DNA of 14,807 nt from Candidatus Eiseniibacteriota bacterium (GTDB lineage Bacteria > Eisenbacteria > RBG-16-71-46), in NCBI GenBank assembly GCA_031366795.1, contig JANLOX010000310.1, forward strand, positions 1-14,807, given 5' to 3'. Position 1 is the stretch's first letter. Each line of letters starts with the position of its first letter. The translations under genes were made by a program, and so were the position numbers. Below, piece by piece: positions 1 to 7,192 of the stretch. Under the pieces are notes generated by a model that was given only the letters and a program-made list of their open reading frames with translations, was not told the origin of the DNA and made no database searches.

Positions 1-1059
1 CCCCGCGGAGAGCGCGCTGTTGAGCTTCAGCACGACGCTCTCGGTAGGCAGGGCGCGCAGCAGGTCGAGCAGGTAACCCGCATTGTACCCAATGTCCATG
101 TCATCCCCAGCGTATTCCGCGGCCAGCGAATGTTCACCGGATCCCTGTTCCGTCGCCGACGAGACGCCCAGGCTGTTCGTGCGCAGCGAGAAGCGCACCT
201 GCCGCGTCACGTTGTCGGCGTGGGAGGCCACGATGTCGACGGCTTCCATGAGATCCAGGCGCGCGCAAATCACTTCGCGCGGGTTGTTTTTCGGGATCAC
301 CTGTTCGTAATTCGGGTAGGGGCCTTCGAGCAGGCGCGTCAGCACCTGCACGCGATAGGCGCCGATCTGGGTCGAGAAGCCTGCCTGGTTGCGTCCACCC
401 GCGACTTCGATGGTCACCGGGCTCGTGGCGTCTTCCGCGGCGCGGCTGATCGCGCTCAGCGCGCGATTCGGGATGATCACGCCATCGGTCTTGAACGCGT
501 CGAATTTACCCGTGCGTTCAGTGCGCGACAGCCGGTGGCCGTCGGTGGCGACGAACGTGATCTGCGCCGGCGTGCACTGCAGCAACACGCCGTTGAGCTG
601 GGGACGCGTTTCCTCGGTCGAGGCGGCGTAGCCACTACGCGCGATCAGTCGCGCCAGCGCGTCGCCTTCGATCGAGATCGCGGCGTCGGCCTTGAGCTCG
701 GGAATCTTCGGGAAGTCGGCGGGGTCCTGGGTGGGGAACTTGGACCAGCCCTTGCCACCGCCGTAGCGCACTTCGCACTGGCTGTTGACAACGCTGAGTG
801 TCACCTCGCCCTTCGACATTTTGCGCACGACGTCGTGGAAATGCCGCGCATTCACAGCGGCGCGTCCCTGTTTCTTCACGGTGCACGGCAGTACGACCGA
901 CGTGGTGACGTCGAGGTCGGTGCCGGTGATACGCAGGCCCTGAGGCTCCGCTTCGAGCAGCAAGCAGCTGAGCAGCGGCAGGGGGCTCTTGGACGACACG
1001 GAGGCCAGCGCCTTGGAAGCGCCAAACGCCAGGTCGGCCTGCTGGATCGTGAGCTCCAT
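1..1059 (-). CDS. dnaN: DNA polymerase III beta sliding clamp (3' end truncated by window edge)
   Basis: Not in the ORF track because no stop lies in the window. Manual translation from ATG 1059: MELTIQQADLAFG...PLPLLSCLLL...ITGTDLDV...ADFPKIP...YAASTEETRPQLNGVLL...VATDGHRL...RLLEGPYPNYEQVIP...IGYNAGYLLDLL, all typical beta-clamp motifs. It lies directly downstream of dnaA. An alternative in-frame ATG is at 1140. Confidence 0.97.
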   Translation of the reverse strand, partial: MELTIQQADLAFGASKALASVSSKSPLPLLSCLLLEAEPQGLRITGTDLDVTTSVVLPCTVKKQGRAAVNARHFHDVVRKMSKGEVTLSVVNSQCEVRYGGGKGWSKFPTQDPADFPKIPELKADAAISIEGDALARLIARSGYAASTEETRPQLNGVLLQCTPAQITFVATDGHRLSRTERTGKFDAFKTDGVIIPNRALSAISRAAEDATSPVTIEVAGGRNQAGFSTQIGAYRVQVLTRLLEGPYPNYEQVIPKNNPREVICARLDLMEAVDIVASHADNVTRQVRFSLRTNSLGVSSATEQGSGEHSLAAEYAGDDMDIGYNAGYLLDLLRALPTESVVLKLNSALSAG

Positions 1060-1179
1060 TCGGTCACTCTCTTGGGCCGGGGAGCTCGCGGACTTGGCGG
1101 CTTCTCCGGCGGTCGCAGGGGTCGTCGTCTGGGTGGTCATATTCGGGTCCGGATCATAGGGTTAGAGGGGCAATCCTGC

Positions 1180-1444
1180 AAGTCTTTTACGGCTGCTTAA
1201 GTCTTTGTCATTCAATAAATAAGAAGATCGTAGAGATAGGTGCTGTGGATGCCGTGGACAACCCGATCAAAGTCTTGTTTCCAGCGCCGTGGGAGCGGTC
1301 GCGAACGTGTTCATGGCGACGTGGATAACTCTCGATTTCTCCACAACTTGTGCACGCCGCCGCTCGCTCTCTCCCACGACCCTCGAGAATATCCCCCTCT
1401 GTCCACGGGTTATCCACAGCTCATCCCGAAGCCAATGTGGATAT
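1180..1444. other. oriC core (dnaA-dnaN intergenic): DnaA-box cluster, DnaA-trio-like tract and AT-rich unwinding element
   Basis: Perfect TTATCCACA at 1410-1418. Near-consensus boxes at 1244-1252, 1253-1261, 1320-1328 and 1436-1444 (reverse) and 1337-1345, 1348-1356, 1399-1407 (forward). AT-rich tract ~1197-1240 in an otherwise GC-rich window. Confidence 0.88.
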
Positions 1445-2917
1445 CATCCCGTTCACCTTCTCCCCAAACACGCTATCGCTCTGGATCATGCCGCCGACCT
1501 TGTCGCAGGCGTACATCACGGTCGTGTGATCGCGTCCGCCGAACACACGACCGATCTCGACGAGCGACAGATCCGTGAGCTGCCGCAGCAGGTACATCGC
1601 CACTTGGCGTGGCAATGCGACGGTCTTGGTTCGCCGCTTGCCGCACAGCGCTTCGGTCTTGACCGCGAAGCGTTCGCAGATCATCGCGAGGATTCGCTCG
1701 GGCGTCAGGTGGTCGGGCTCGGGGTCGACGTATTGCTGAATGACCTCTTCCGCCAGCTCCAGCGTGATGTCGCGTGCCATCAGCGAGGCGACCGCCATCA
1801 GCCGTACGAGGCAGCCCTCAAGGTCGCGGATGTTGTTGCGGATGCGGTCGGCGATCAACAGCAGCACGTCCGGCGGCACGCGCGCGCCATCACCTTCCAT
1901 GGCGCAACGATTACGCAGGATGGCGATACGCGTCTCGAGATCGGGTTGCTGGACGTCGGCGACCAGCCCCTGGTTGAAGCGCGAGATCAAGCGATCCTCG
2001 AGCATGGGGATGTCCTTGGGTGGCTTGTCGGCTGTCACCACGATCTGCTTGTGGGCGTCGCGCAGGGCGTTGAATGTGTGGAAGAACTCTTCCTGCGTGC
2101 TCTCCTTGCCCGCGAGAAACTGGATGTCGTCGATCAGCAATAGTTCGACATTGCGGTATTTGTTGCGAAATGCGAGCGTTTGGCCGTGCTGGATGGCGAA
2201 GATCATCTCGTTCATGAAGCGCTCCGCCGACACATAGACGATGCGCGCCGCCGCCCGCTCACGCAGCACCGAGGCCCCGATCGCGTGCAACAAGTGCGTC
2301 TTGCCGAGCCCGGAGCCGCCGTAGATGAACAACGGGTTGTAGACGTGCCCGGGGTTCTTGGCGACAGCGAGACAGGCCGCATGCGTGAAGCGGTTGCTGC
2401 CGCCCACGACGAAGGATTCGAAGCTGTAGCGCGGATTGAGCATCGCCGCGAAGGCGTTGCGCAGGGCGGAAACGTCCGGCGGCACCGCGGGTGCGACGGG
2501 TGCAGCACTTGCCGCCGGTGCTCCGCCTGCGCGGTCTGCACCGTGATGCGCGGCCAGCGCGCTGTTCGCCAGCGCAGCCCCGGAATTGTCCGCGGCGTTG
2601 GCGCGCAGTGCGGCTTCCATGATGGCGTGCGTTTCGAGCGTGTCCTGCTCGCGTGCCGAAAAGCGGACTTCCGGCTCGGCGCCGAACACCGTCTTCAGTG
2701 CCTCGCGCAATGCGCCGGAATGGTGCTGCTGGATCCAATCACTGAAAAAGGAGCTGGGTACTTCGAGTTCGACGAACTGGGCGCTCAAGTGGCGGGGCAC
2801 GACGGGCCGGAACCAGGTCTCATACGCCTGCTGGCTTCCGAGTCGACTGCGCACGGCCTCGAGAACTTGCTCCCAGAGTTGCGTGAAGGTCTCCGGTTGC
2901 ATGTCTGAGACGGCCAT
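1421..2917 (-). CDS. dnaA: Chromosomal replication initiator DnaA (~498 aa)
   Basis: Domain I (AYETWF), LNPRYSFESFVVG, YNPLFIYGGSGLGKT (Walker A), LLLIDDIQF (Walker B), domain IV signature SLVEIGRVFGGRDHTTV. Start placed at ATG 2917, preceded by AAGGA; the track's GTG at 2959 sits inside a DnaA box. Confidence 0.99.
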   Translation of the reverse strand: MAVSDMQPETFTQLWEQVLEAVRSRLGSQQAYETWFRPVVPRHLSAQFVELEVPSSFFSDWIQQHHSGALREALKTVFGAEPEVRFSAREQDTLETHAIMEAALRANAADNSGAALANSALAAHHGADRAGGAPAASAAPVAPAVPPDVSALRNAFAAMLNPRYSFESFVVGGSNRFTHAACLAVAKNPGHVYNPLFIYGGSGLGKTHLLHAIGASVLRERAAARIVYVSAERFMNEMIFAIQHGQTLAFRNKYRNVELLLIDDIQFLAGKESTQEEFFHTFNALRDAHKQIVVTADKPPKDIPMLEDRLISRFNQGLVADVQQPDLETRIAILRNRCAMEGDGARVPPDVLLLIADRIRNNIRDLEGCLVRLMAVASLMARDITLELAEEVIQQYVDPEPDHLTPERILAMICERFAVKTEALCGKRRTKTVALPRQVAMYLLRQLTDLSLVEIGRVFGGRDHTTVMYACDKVGGMIQSDSVFGEKVNGMISTLASG

Positions 2918-2951
2918 TGCCTTACATCCTTGTTGGTTCGGGGCCTCTAAC

Positions 2952-3131
2952 TTTTCCACAGGGCGCGGGGCCTTGGCGCTCTAGCGCCAGTTGCGGCCGC
3001 GGGCCTTGGGGAACCAAGTCGATCTGGAAAACTGACCCAGGCTTATCCACATCGGGCGAAGGGGATGAAAACCCTAGGCCTGATACAAGTTAAACCCTAA
3101 ATCGACTCCTTTCCTCCACACGTTGTCCACA
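2952..3131. promoter_or_regulatory. DnaA boxes upstream of dnaA (autoregulation and/or second part of a bipartite origin)
   Basis: TTTTCCACA 2952-2960, TTATCCACA 3043-3051, TCCTCCACA 3112-3120, TTGTCCACA 3123-3131, all in the same orientation. A weaker CAGTCCACA is at 3349-3357. Confidence 0.8.
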
Positions 3132-3196
3132 AAACCCGGAACGTTTGCGGCGCGCGAGTCGTTGGCGCGCGCAAACCAGCTCCTAAATGTTCGCGG

Positions 3197-3341
3197 AACC
3201 CATTGCGGTAGCGTGAGATATTGGATTGTGGTGGGTGGCCCGGTGACGTGTGCAGAACCCACGTCCTTCCGGGGGGTCGGAAGGCTAGCACTCACAACCG
3301 GCCCGTACAAGCCCTTCCAGTGTGTTGCGATGCAATGGGTT
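3197..3341. repeat. Long imperfect inverted repeat (rod-like hairpin), possible structured RNA
   Basis: Perfect 10-bp ends AACCCATTGC (3197-3206) / GCAATGGGTT (3332-3341), with nested stems ATTGGA/TCCAGT, CCGGT/ACCGG and CCTTCCG/CGGAAGG. Confidence 0.5.
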
Positions 3342-3365
3342 ACAAGGTCAGTCCACAATACTCCC

Positions 3366-3407
3366 AAAAACGTGCGGCGGGCTCAGGCTTACGCCTAGGC
3401 CCGCCGC
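3366..3407 (-). terminator. Rho-independent terminator after the beta-barrel gene
   Basis: Minus strand reads GCGGCGGGC-CT-AGGC-GTAA-GCCT-GA-GCCCGCCGC-ACG-TTTTT: a GC stem with a GNRA loop and U-tract, starting 16 nt after the stop at 3424. Confidence 0.7.
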
Positions 3408-3423
3408 GACTTGGGAGGATTGG

Positions 3424-4059
3424 CTAGAAGGGGGAATTCACCCCGACCGAGAAGCCCACGTCGTCATTCAGGTCATCCGACAGACGTAGTTGTAGCTCGC
3501 CGGTGATAGAAAACTGCGGGCTCAAGCGCAGCTCGGAACCCAGCCGCACGGGGATCGACAGGTCGGTCTCGTTGAGGCTGGCGATGTTCGCGTTCGTGAA
3601 CAACAGCCCGACGCTGACGAACGGCGTGAACACCAGGTCGCCGTTGCCCGCGAAGGAGCGGCTGCTCACCAGCGTGGGACCCACGGACAGCACGTTCCAG
3701 TGATCGCCGGATTCGACGCCGAGCCCGCCGCCGACGGCGATGGCGTAGGGGTACCCGCTGGTCGGTTGCGTCACCTGGTACTTGAGGTCGGTGCCGAGAC
3801 GCAGCGTGGTGCGGTTGCCGGAGCCGAAGTCCTGGCGCGCGAAGCCGCCCTGGAAGCCAAAGTCGACGCCCGGGTAAAAGCTCAAGCGCAGTTGTCCCAG
3901 CAGCCCGATCACGCTGGAGCTCGACTGCAGGTAGGCGCCGCCCATGTGCTGGTTGGGCGCGAGCGTCTGGGCGCTGGTGAACTGACCAAACGCCTGCGCC
4001 CCGGCAGCCCCGGGAACAGCGAGTGCTGCGACTAGCATCAGGGCAGCGAGTTTCTTCAT
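3424..4059 (-). CDS. Small outer-membrane beta-barrel protein (~211 aa), function unknown
   Basis: Strong SD GGAGGT before ATG 4059. Signal peptide MKKLAALMLVAALAVPGAAGA|Q, alternating hydrophobic/Gly beta-strands, C-terminal Phe (GFSVGVNSPF). Confidence 0.8.
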   Translation of the reverse strand: MKKLAALMLVAALAVPGAAGAQAFGQFTSAQTLAPNQHMGGAYLQSSSSVIGLLGQLRLSFYPGVDFGFQGGFARQDFGSGNRTTLRLGTDLKYQVTQPTSGYPYAIAVGGGLGVESGDHWNVLSVGPTLVSSRSFAGNGDLVFTPFVSVGLLFTNANIASLNETDLSIPVRLGSELRLSPQFSITGELQLRLSDDLNDDVGFSVGVNSPF

Positions 4060-4176
4060 CACGATCAACCTCCAATAAGTGCGGCGGGAGCGTTCATGCG
4101 AGTCGAATGTCAGCGGGCGACGGTCGCAAATCCCATGAATCGCGGTCAAGCGTGCGCCGTACAAGCGCCACGCGCT

Positions 4177-5055
4177 TCAGTCTGGACGCGGGTAAAACGC
4201 TGACGCCCACGGCGCCAGCTCACGGAATCCCATGCGGCGGTAGACCGCGATCGCCGGGGTATTGAAGTCGTTGACGAACAGGCAGGCGGTGCGGCTGCGT
4301 TCGAACAGCCGCCGGCACAGCTCGGACAGCCCGCGCCGCGCGTAGCCCTGGTTGCGGCGCGCGTAGGGCGTAAACACGCCGGACACCTGCGCGGCGTCGG
4401 GTGTGACGGCGCTGACGCTGGCGCGGAAGCGCAGGCCTTCATCGTCGGTCCACAGGTAAGTGTAGCCGTCGCGGCACTCGTTCTCGGTTCGCCGGGTGTA
4501 GCCTGCCAGGTCGACGGTGCGCGGGTCTTCCTCGAGCTCTTCGACGCGCAGGTCGGCGCCGCTCTCGAACACGATTCGCTGGTCGTCCTGTGCCGCGCGA
4601 CGCAAATCGGGCAGCGGTTCGAAGGACGCCAGGGCTTCCGGCACAAGGCTCATGTAGGTCTGGTCGCGGCGAATCCGTGGTGACAGGCCTTCGAGCTCCA
4701 GCCGCTCGACCATTTCATGGACTGCCCCCCGCGGGCCGATGACCTGGAAGCGCTGCGGGAGGAACACGCGCCGCTGGGCCAGTTGCCCGGCGAGCAGGGA
4801 GAGTGCCGCCGTGTCGTCGCCAATGGGCAACACGGCCCCGGACTGGCTGCCGATGTGCAACAACGCCACCAGCGAATCATCGCGCCGGACTCCCCAGAAC
4901 TCGTCACGGTTGTGCGCCAACCCGTCGCGCAGTGTCAGCGCCAGCAGGTACACGTTGAGCACCGGATCCCGGTCGAGAAAGCCGAACACCTCGACGAGGT
5001 CCTGGGGACCCAGACGATCGAGGGATGCGTTGCCGGTGTGCTCGTCGAGCGTCAT
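4177..5055 (-). CDS. GNAT-family N-acetyltransferase (N-terminal accessory domain plus C-terminal GNAT domain)
   Basis: Acetyl-CoA motif A VSGVFTPYARRNQGYA and motif B LFVNDFNTPAIAVYRRMGF. Start uncertain (ATG 5055 or ATG 5121). Confidence 0.85.
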   Translation of the reverse strand: MTLDEHTGNASLDRLGPQDLVEVFGFLDRDPVLNVYLLALTLRDGLAHNRDEFWGVRRDDSLVALLHIGSQSGAVLPIGDDTAALSLLAGQLAQRRVFLPQRFQVIGPRGAVHEMVERLELEGLSPRIRRDQTYMSLVPEALASFEPLPDLRRAAQDDQRIVFESGADLRVEELEEDPRTVDLAGYTRRTENECRDGYTYLWTDDEGLRFRASVSAVTPDAAQVSGVFTPYARRNQGYARRGLSELCRRLFERSRTACLFVNDFNTPAIAVYRRMGFRELAPWASAFYPRPD

Positions 5056-5202
5056 CGGGTGGGTTCTGGCCTCGTGGCGCGGGTCGCTTTCGGGCCGCGA
5101 TCGCGGCCGTTCCCAGCGCATTCCCGTAGGGCGGGCATGGTATCGCAGCGCCGCCCGCGCCGGAAGCGATTCGGGCTGCCGGAATGAGAATTCGTGGCTT
5201 CG

Positions 5203-5231
5203 TTGACCGCATACTCCGGCAACTCTAGCCT
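5203..5231 (+). promoter_or_regulatory. Sigma70-type promoter for phoBR, probably giving a leaderless mRNA
   Basis: TTGACC (5203-5208), 17-nt spacer, TAGCCT (5226-5231), then 7 nt to ATG 5239. No SD sequence. Confidence 0.6.
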
Positions 5232-5238
5232 CGCTCCC

Positions 5239-5925
5239 ATGCCGGATCTGGTGATGGTCGTCGAAGACGAGAAGGAAATCCGCGATCTCGTGCGCTACAA
5301 CCTCGAGCGCGAGGGCTTCCGCGTCGCGACGGTGGCGGACGGGGAGCAGGCGCTCGAACAGATCTGTGCTTCGAAGCCCGACTGCCTGGTGCTCGACCTG
5401 ATGCTGCCGGGCTTAAGCGGGCTCGAGATCCTCCGCGAGGTGCGCGATGACGCCTCGACGCGCGAGACGCCGGTGCTGCTGCTGACCGCGCGCGCGGCCG
5501 AGATGGACCGGTTGCTCGGCTTCGAGCACGGCGCCGACGACTACCTCACCAAGCCGTTCAGCCCGCGCGAATTGGTGGCGCGAGTGCGCGCCCTGTTGCG
5601 GCGCGCCAAGCCGGCCAGCCCTTCGCCGGTGCTCGAAGTGGGCGACGTGCGCATCGACGAGCCGGCACGCGAGGCGTCGTACCGTGGGCGCGCGCTGGTG
5701 CTGACGCCGCGCGAATTCGACCTGCTGAACTTTTTTGTGCGCCATCCCGGCCGCGTGCTGTCGCGCGATGAACTGCTGCGCAAGGTGTGGGGCTACGACT
5801 ACCTTGGCGAGACGCGCACCGTTGACGTGCACGTGCGGCGCTTGCGCCAGAAGCTTGGCGACGACCCGCAGGCGATCGAGACCGTGCTCGGTTCGGGGTA
5901 CAAATGGATCGTGGCCGCGCGCTGA
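5239..5925 (+). CDS. phoB: OmpR/PhoB-family response regulator (228 aa), PhoB/PhoP by context
   Basis: Receiver motifs VVEDE, LDLMLP, LLTA, GADDYLTKPF; winged helix LTPREFDLL...RTVDVHVRRLRQKL...IETVLGSGY. Next to a PhoR-like kinase and pstSCAB-phoU. Confidence 0.92.
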   Translation: MPDLVMVVEDEKEIRDLVRYNLEREGFRVATVADGEQALEQICASKPDCLVLDLMLPGLSGLEILREVRDDASTRETPVLLLTARAAEMDRLLGFEHGADDYLTKPFSPRELVARVRALLRRAKPASPSPVLEVGDVRIDEPAREASYRGRALVLTPREFDLLNFFVRHPGRVLSRDELLRKVWGYDYLGETRTVDVHVRRLRQKLGDDPQAIETVLGSGYKWIVAAR

Positions 5926-5935
5926 GGCGATCCCG

Positions 5936-7192
5936 ATGACCGCATTGCTGGTGGCGCTCGGCGTGGCGTTGGCGATCGCCGTGTTGTTGGCGATACGGCG
6001 CTCGCGGCTTGCACGCCGGCTCGCCATGGCGATCGGCCGCGTCGCCGACGGCGAGGTGGCGGGCGCCGCACTCGATGTCGGTGATCGCGACCTCGAGCCG
6101 ATCGTGCGCGCCGTGCGGCGGCTGCAGGAATCACGCATTCGCCGCGAGCGAGCGCTGACGATGGAGCGCGACGAGCGCGAGCAGATTCTCGCGCACATGA
6201 GCGATGGCGTGGCGTTGATCGACGGCGCGGGCCGCTTGCTGCACGTCAATCCTCGTGCTGCTGAATTGCTGGGGCTGGCGCGCCCGGCGGTGCTGGGTGC
6301 CGCACTGCCGGAAGCGGTGCGCGAGCCGGAACTGCTCGAGTTGGTCGAACGCTGCCGCAAGAGCCGGCGCGTCGAGGAAACGCGGCTCACGCTGTGGGCC
6401 CCGCACGAGCGCGTGGTGCGCGCCGAGGTGACGCCGCTGGCAGCAGACCCTGAGACCGGCGTGCTGCTGGTGCTGCAGGACCTGACGGAATTCGAGCGCG
6501 TCGAGCGCATCCGCCGCGACTTCGTGGCCAACGTTTCGCACGAGCTGCGCACGCCGCTTACTTCGCTGCGCGGCTACGCCGAGACGCTGCTCGCGGGCGG
6601 GCTCGACGATGCCGAACATCGCGAGCGTTTCGTGCAGGTGATTCGCGACCAGTCGATGCGGCTGCAGGCGATGACCGAGGACCTGTTGAGTCTCGCCGAG
6701 CTCGAACGCCCCGGTACCAACCTGCGCACCGAGCCGTTCGACTTGCAGGCGCTCGCGCAGGGCATTGTCGCCTCGTTCCGCGATGACGCCGAGCGTCGCG
6801 GACTGTCGCTGTCGCTCGAGGCGGGCCCGCCGGTGCCGGTCACGGCCGATCGCGCGCGACTCGAGCAGGCGATCTCCAACCTCGTGGACAACGCGCTCAA
6901 GTACACCGACCAAGGGCGTGTGCTGGTGCGCACCGGCGCGCTCGATGGCGAAGCCTGGTGCGAAGTGGACGATACAGGGCCGGGGATCCCTGAACCCGAG
7001 CAGGAGCGCGTGTTCGAGCGCTTCTATCGCGTCGACAAGGCGCGCTCGCGCGAACGCGGCGGCACGGGTCTCGGCCTCGCCATCGTGCGCCACATCACCG
7101 AGCTGCACGGCGGCGGCGTCACCTTGCGCAGTGAGCTTGGACGCGGCAGCACCTTCCGCATGCGTTTTTCCACGCGCTTCATTCCGCGGTAA
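5936..7192 (+). CDS. phoR: PhoR-like sensor histidine kinase (418 aa): N-terminal TM, PAS, HisKA, HATPase
   Basis: ATG 5936 after GAGG. Hydrophobic N-terminus, PAS-like MSDGVALID...VNPRAAELLG, H-box RRDFVANVSHELRTPLT, N-box NLVDNALKY, G-boxes DTGPGI and FERFYRVDKARSRERGGTGLGLAIV. Confidence 0.93.
   Translation: MTALLVALGVALAIAVLLAIRRSRLARRLAMAIGRVADGEVAGAALDVGDRDLEPIVRAVRRLQESRIRRERALTMERDEREQILAHMSDGVALIDGAGRLLHVNPRAAELLGLARPAVLGAALPEAVREPELLELVERCRKSRRVEETRLTLWAPHERVVRAEVTPLAADPETGVLLVLQDLTEFERVERIRRDFVANVSHELRTPLTSLRGYAETLLAGGLDDAEHRERFVQVIRDQSMRLQAMTEDLLSLAELERPGTNLRTEPFDLQALAQGIVASFRDDAERRGLSLSLEAGPPVPVTADRARLEQAISNLVDNALKYTDQGRVLVRTGALDGEAWCEVDDTGPGIPEPEQERVFERFYRVDKARSRERGGTGLGLAIVRHITELHGGGVTLRSELGRGSTFRMRFSTRFIPR

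Noticed and set aside
130..1200. 356-aa plus-strand ORF in the track
   Set aside because: Antisense shadow of dnaN; no recognisable motifs, and long stop-free antisense frames are common at high GC.
1152..1268. Three GATC sites in oriC as Dam/SeqA control
   Set aside because: GATC is frequent throughout this window, so there is no evident enrichment.
2440..2660. Long Ala/Pro-rich stretch inside DnaA as a possible intein or insertion
   Set aside because: It falls in the variable domain II linker and has no intein splice motifs.
1289..2908. 284-aa and 242-aa plus-strand ORFs
   Set aside because: Antisense shadows of dnaA.
2918..2959. GTG start at 2959 for dnaA
   Set aside because: The GTG is part of a DnaA box; ATG 2917 has an SD-like AAGGA and gives a normal N-terminus.
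3265..3291. GTCGGAAGGCTAGCAC resembling the SRP RNA helix-8 GGAA loop
   Set aside because: The conserved CAGG and AGCAG internal-loop strands are missing on both strands.
3065..3427. Short ORFs upstream of dnaA as rpmH or other genes
   Set aside because: No L34 signature (MKRT.QP, Arg-rich); atypical codon use; they overlap DnaA boxes, hairpins and a terminator.
5735..5935. Longer track starts for phoR (5735), the 125-aa gene (7288) and pstS (8894)
   Set aside because: The extensions overlap upstream genes or the terminator; downstream ATGs have SD sequences and give the expected TM or signal-peptide N-termini.
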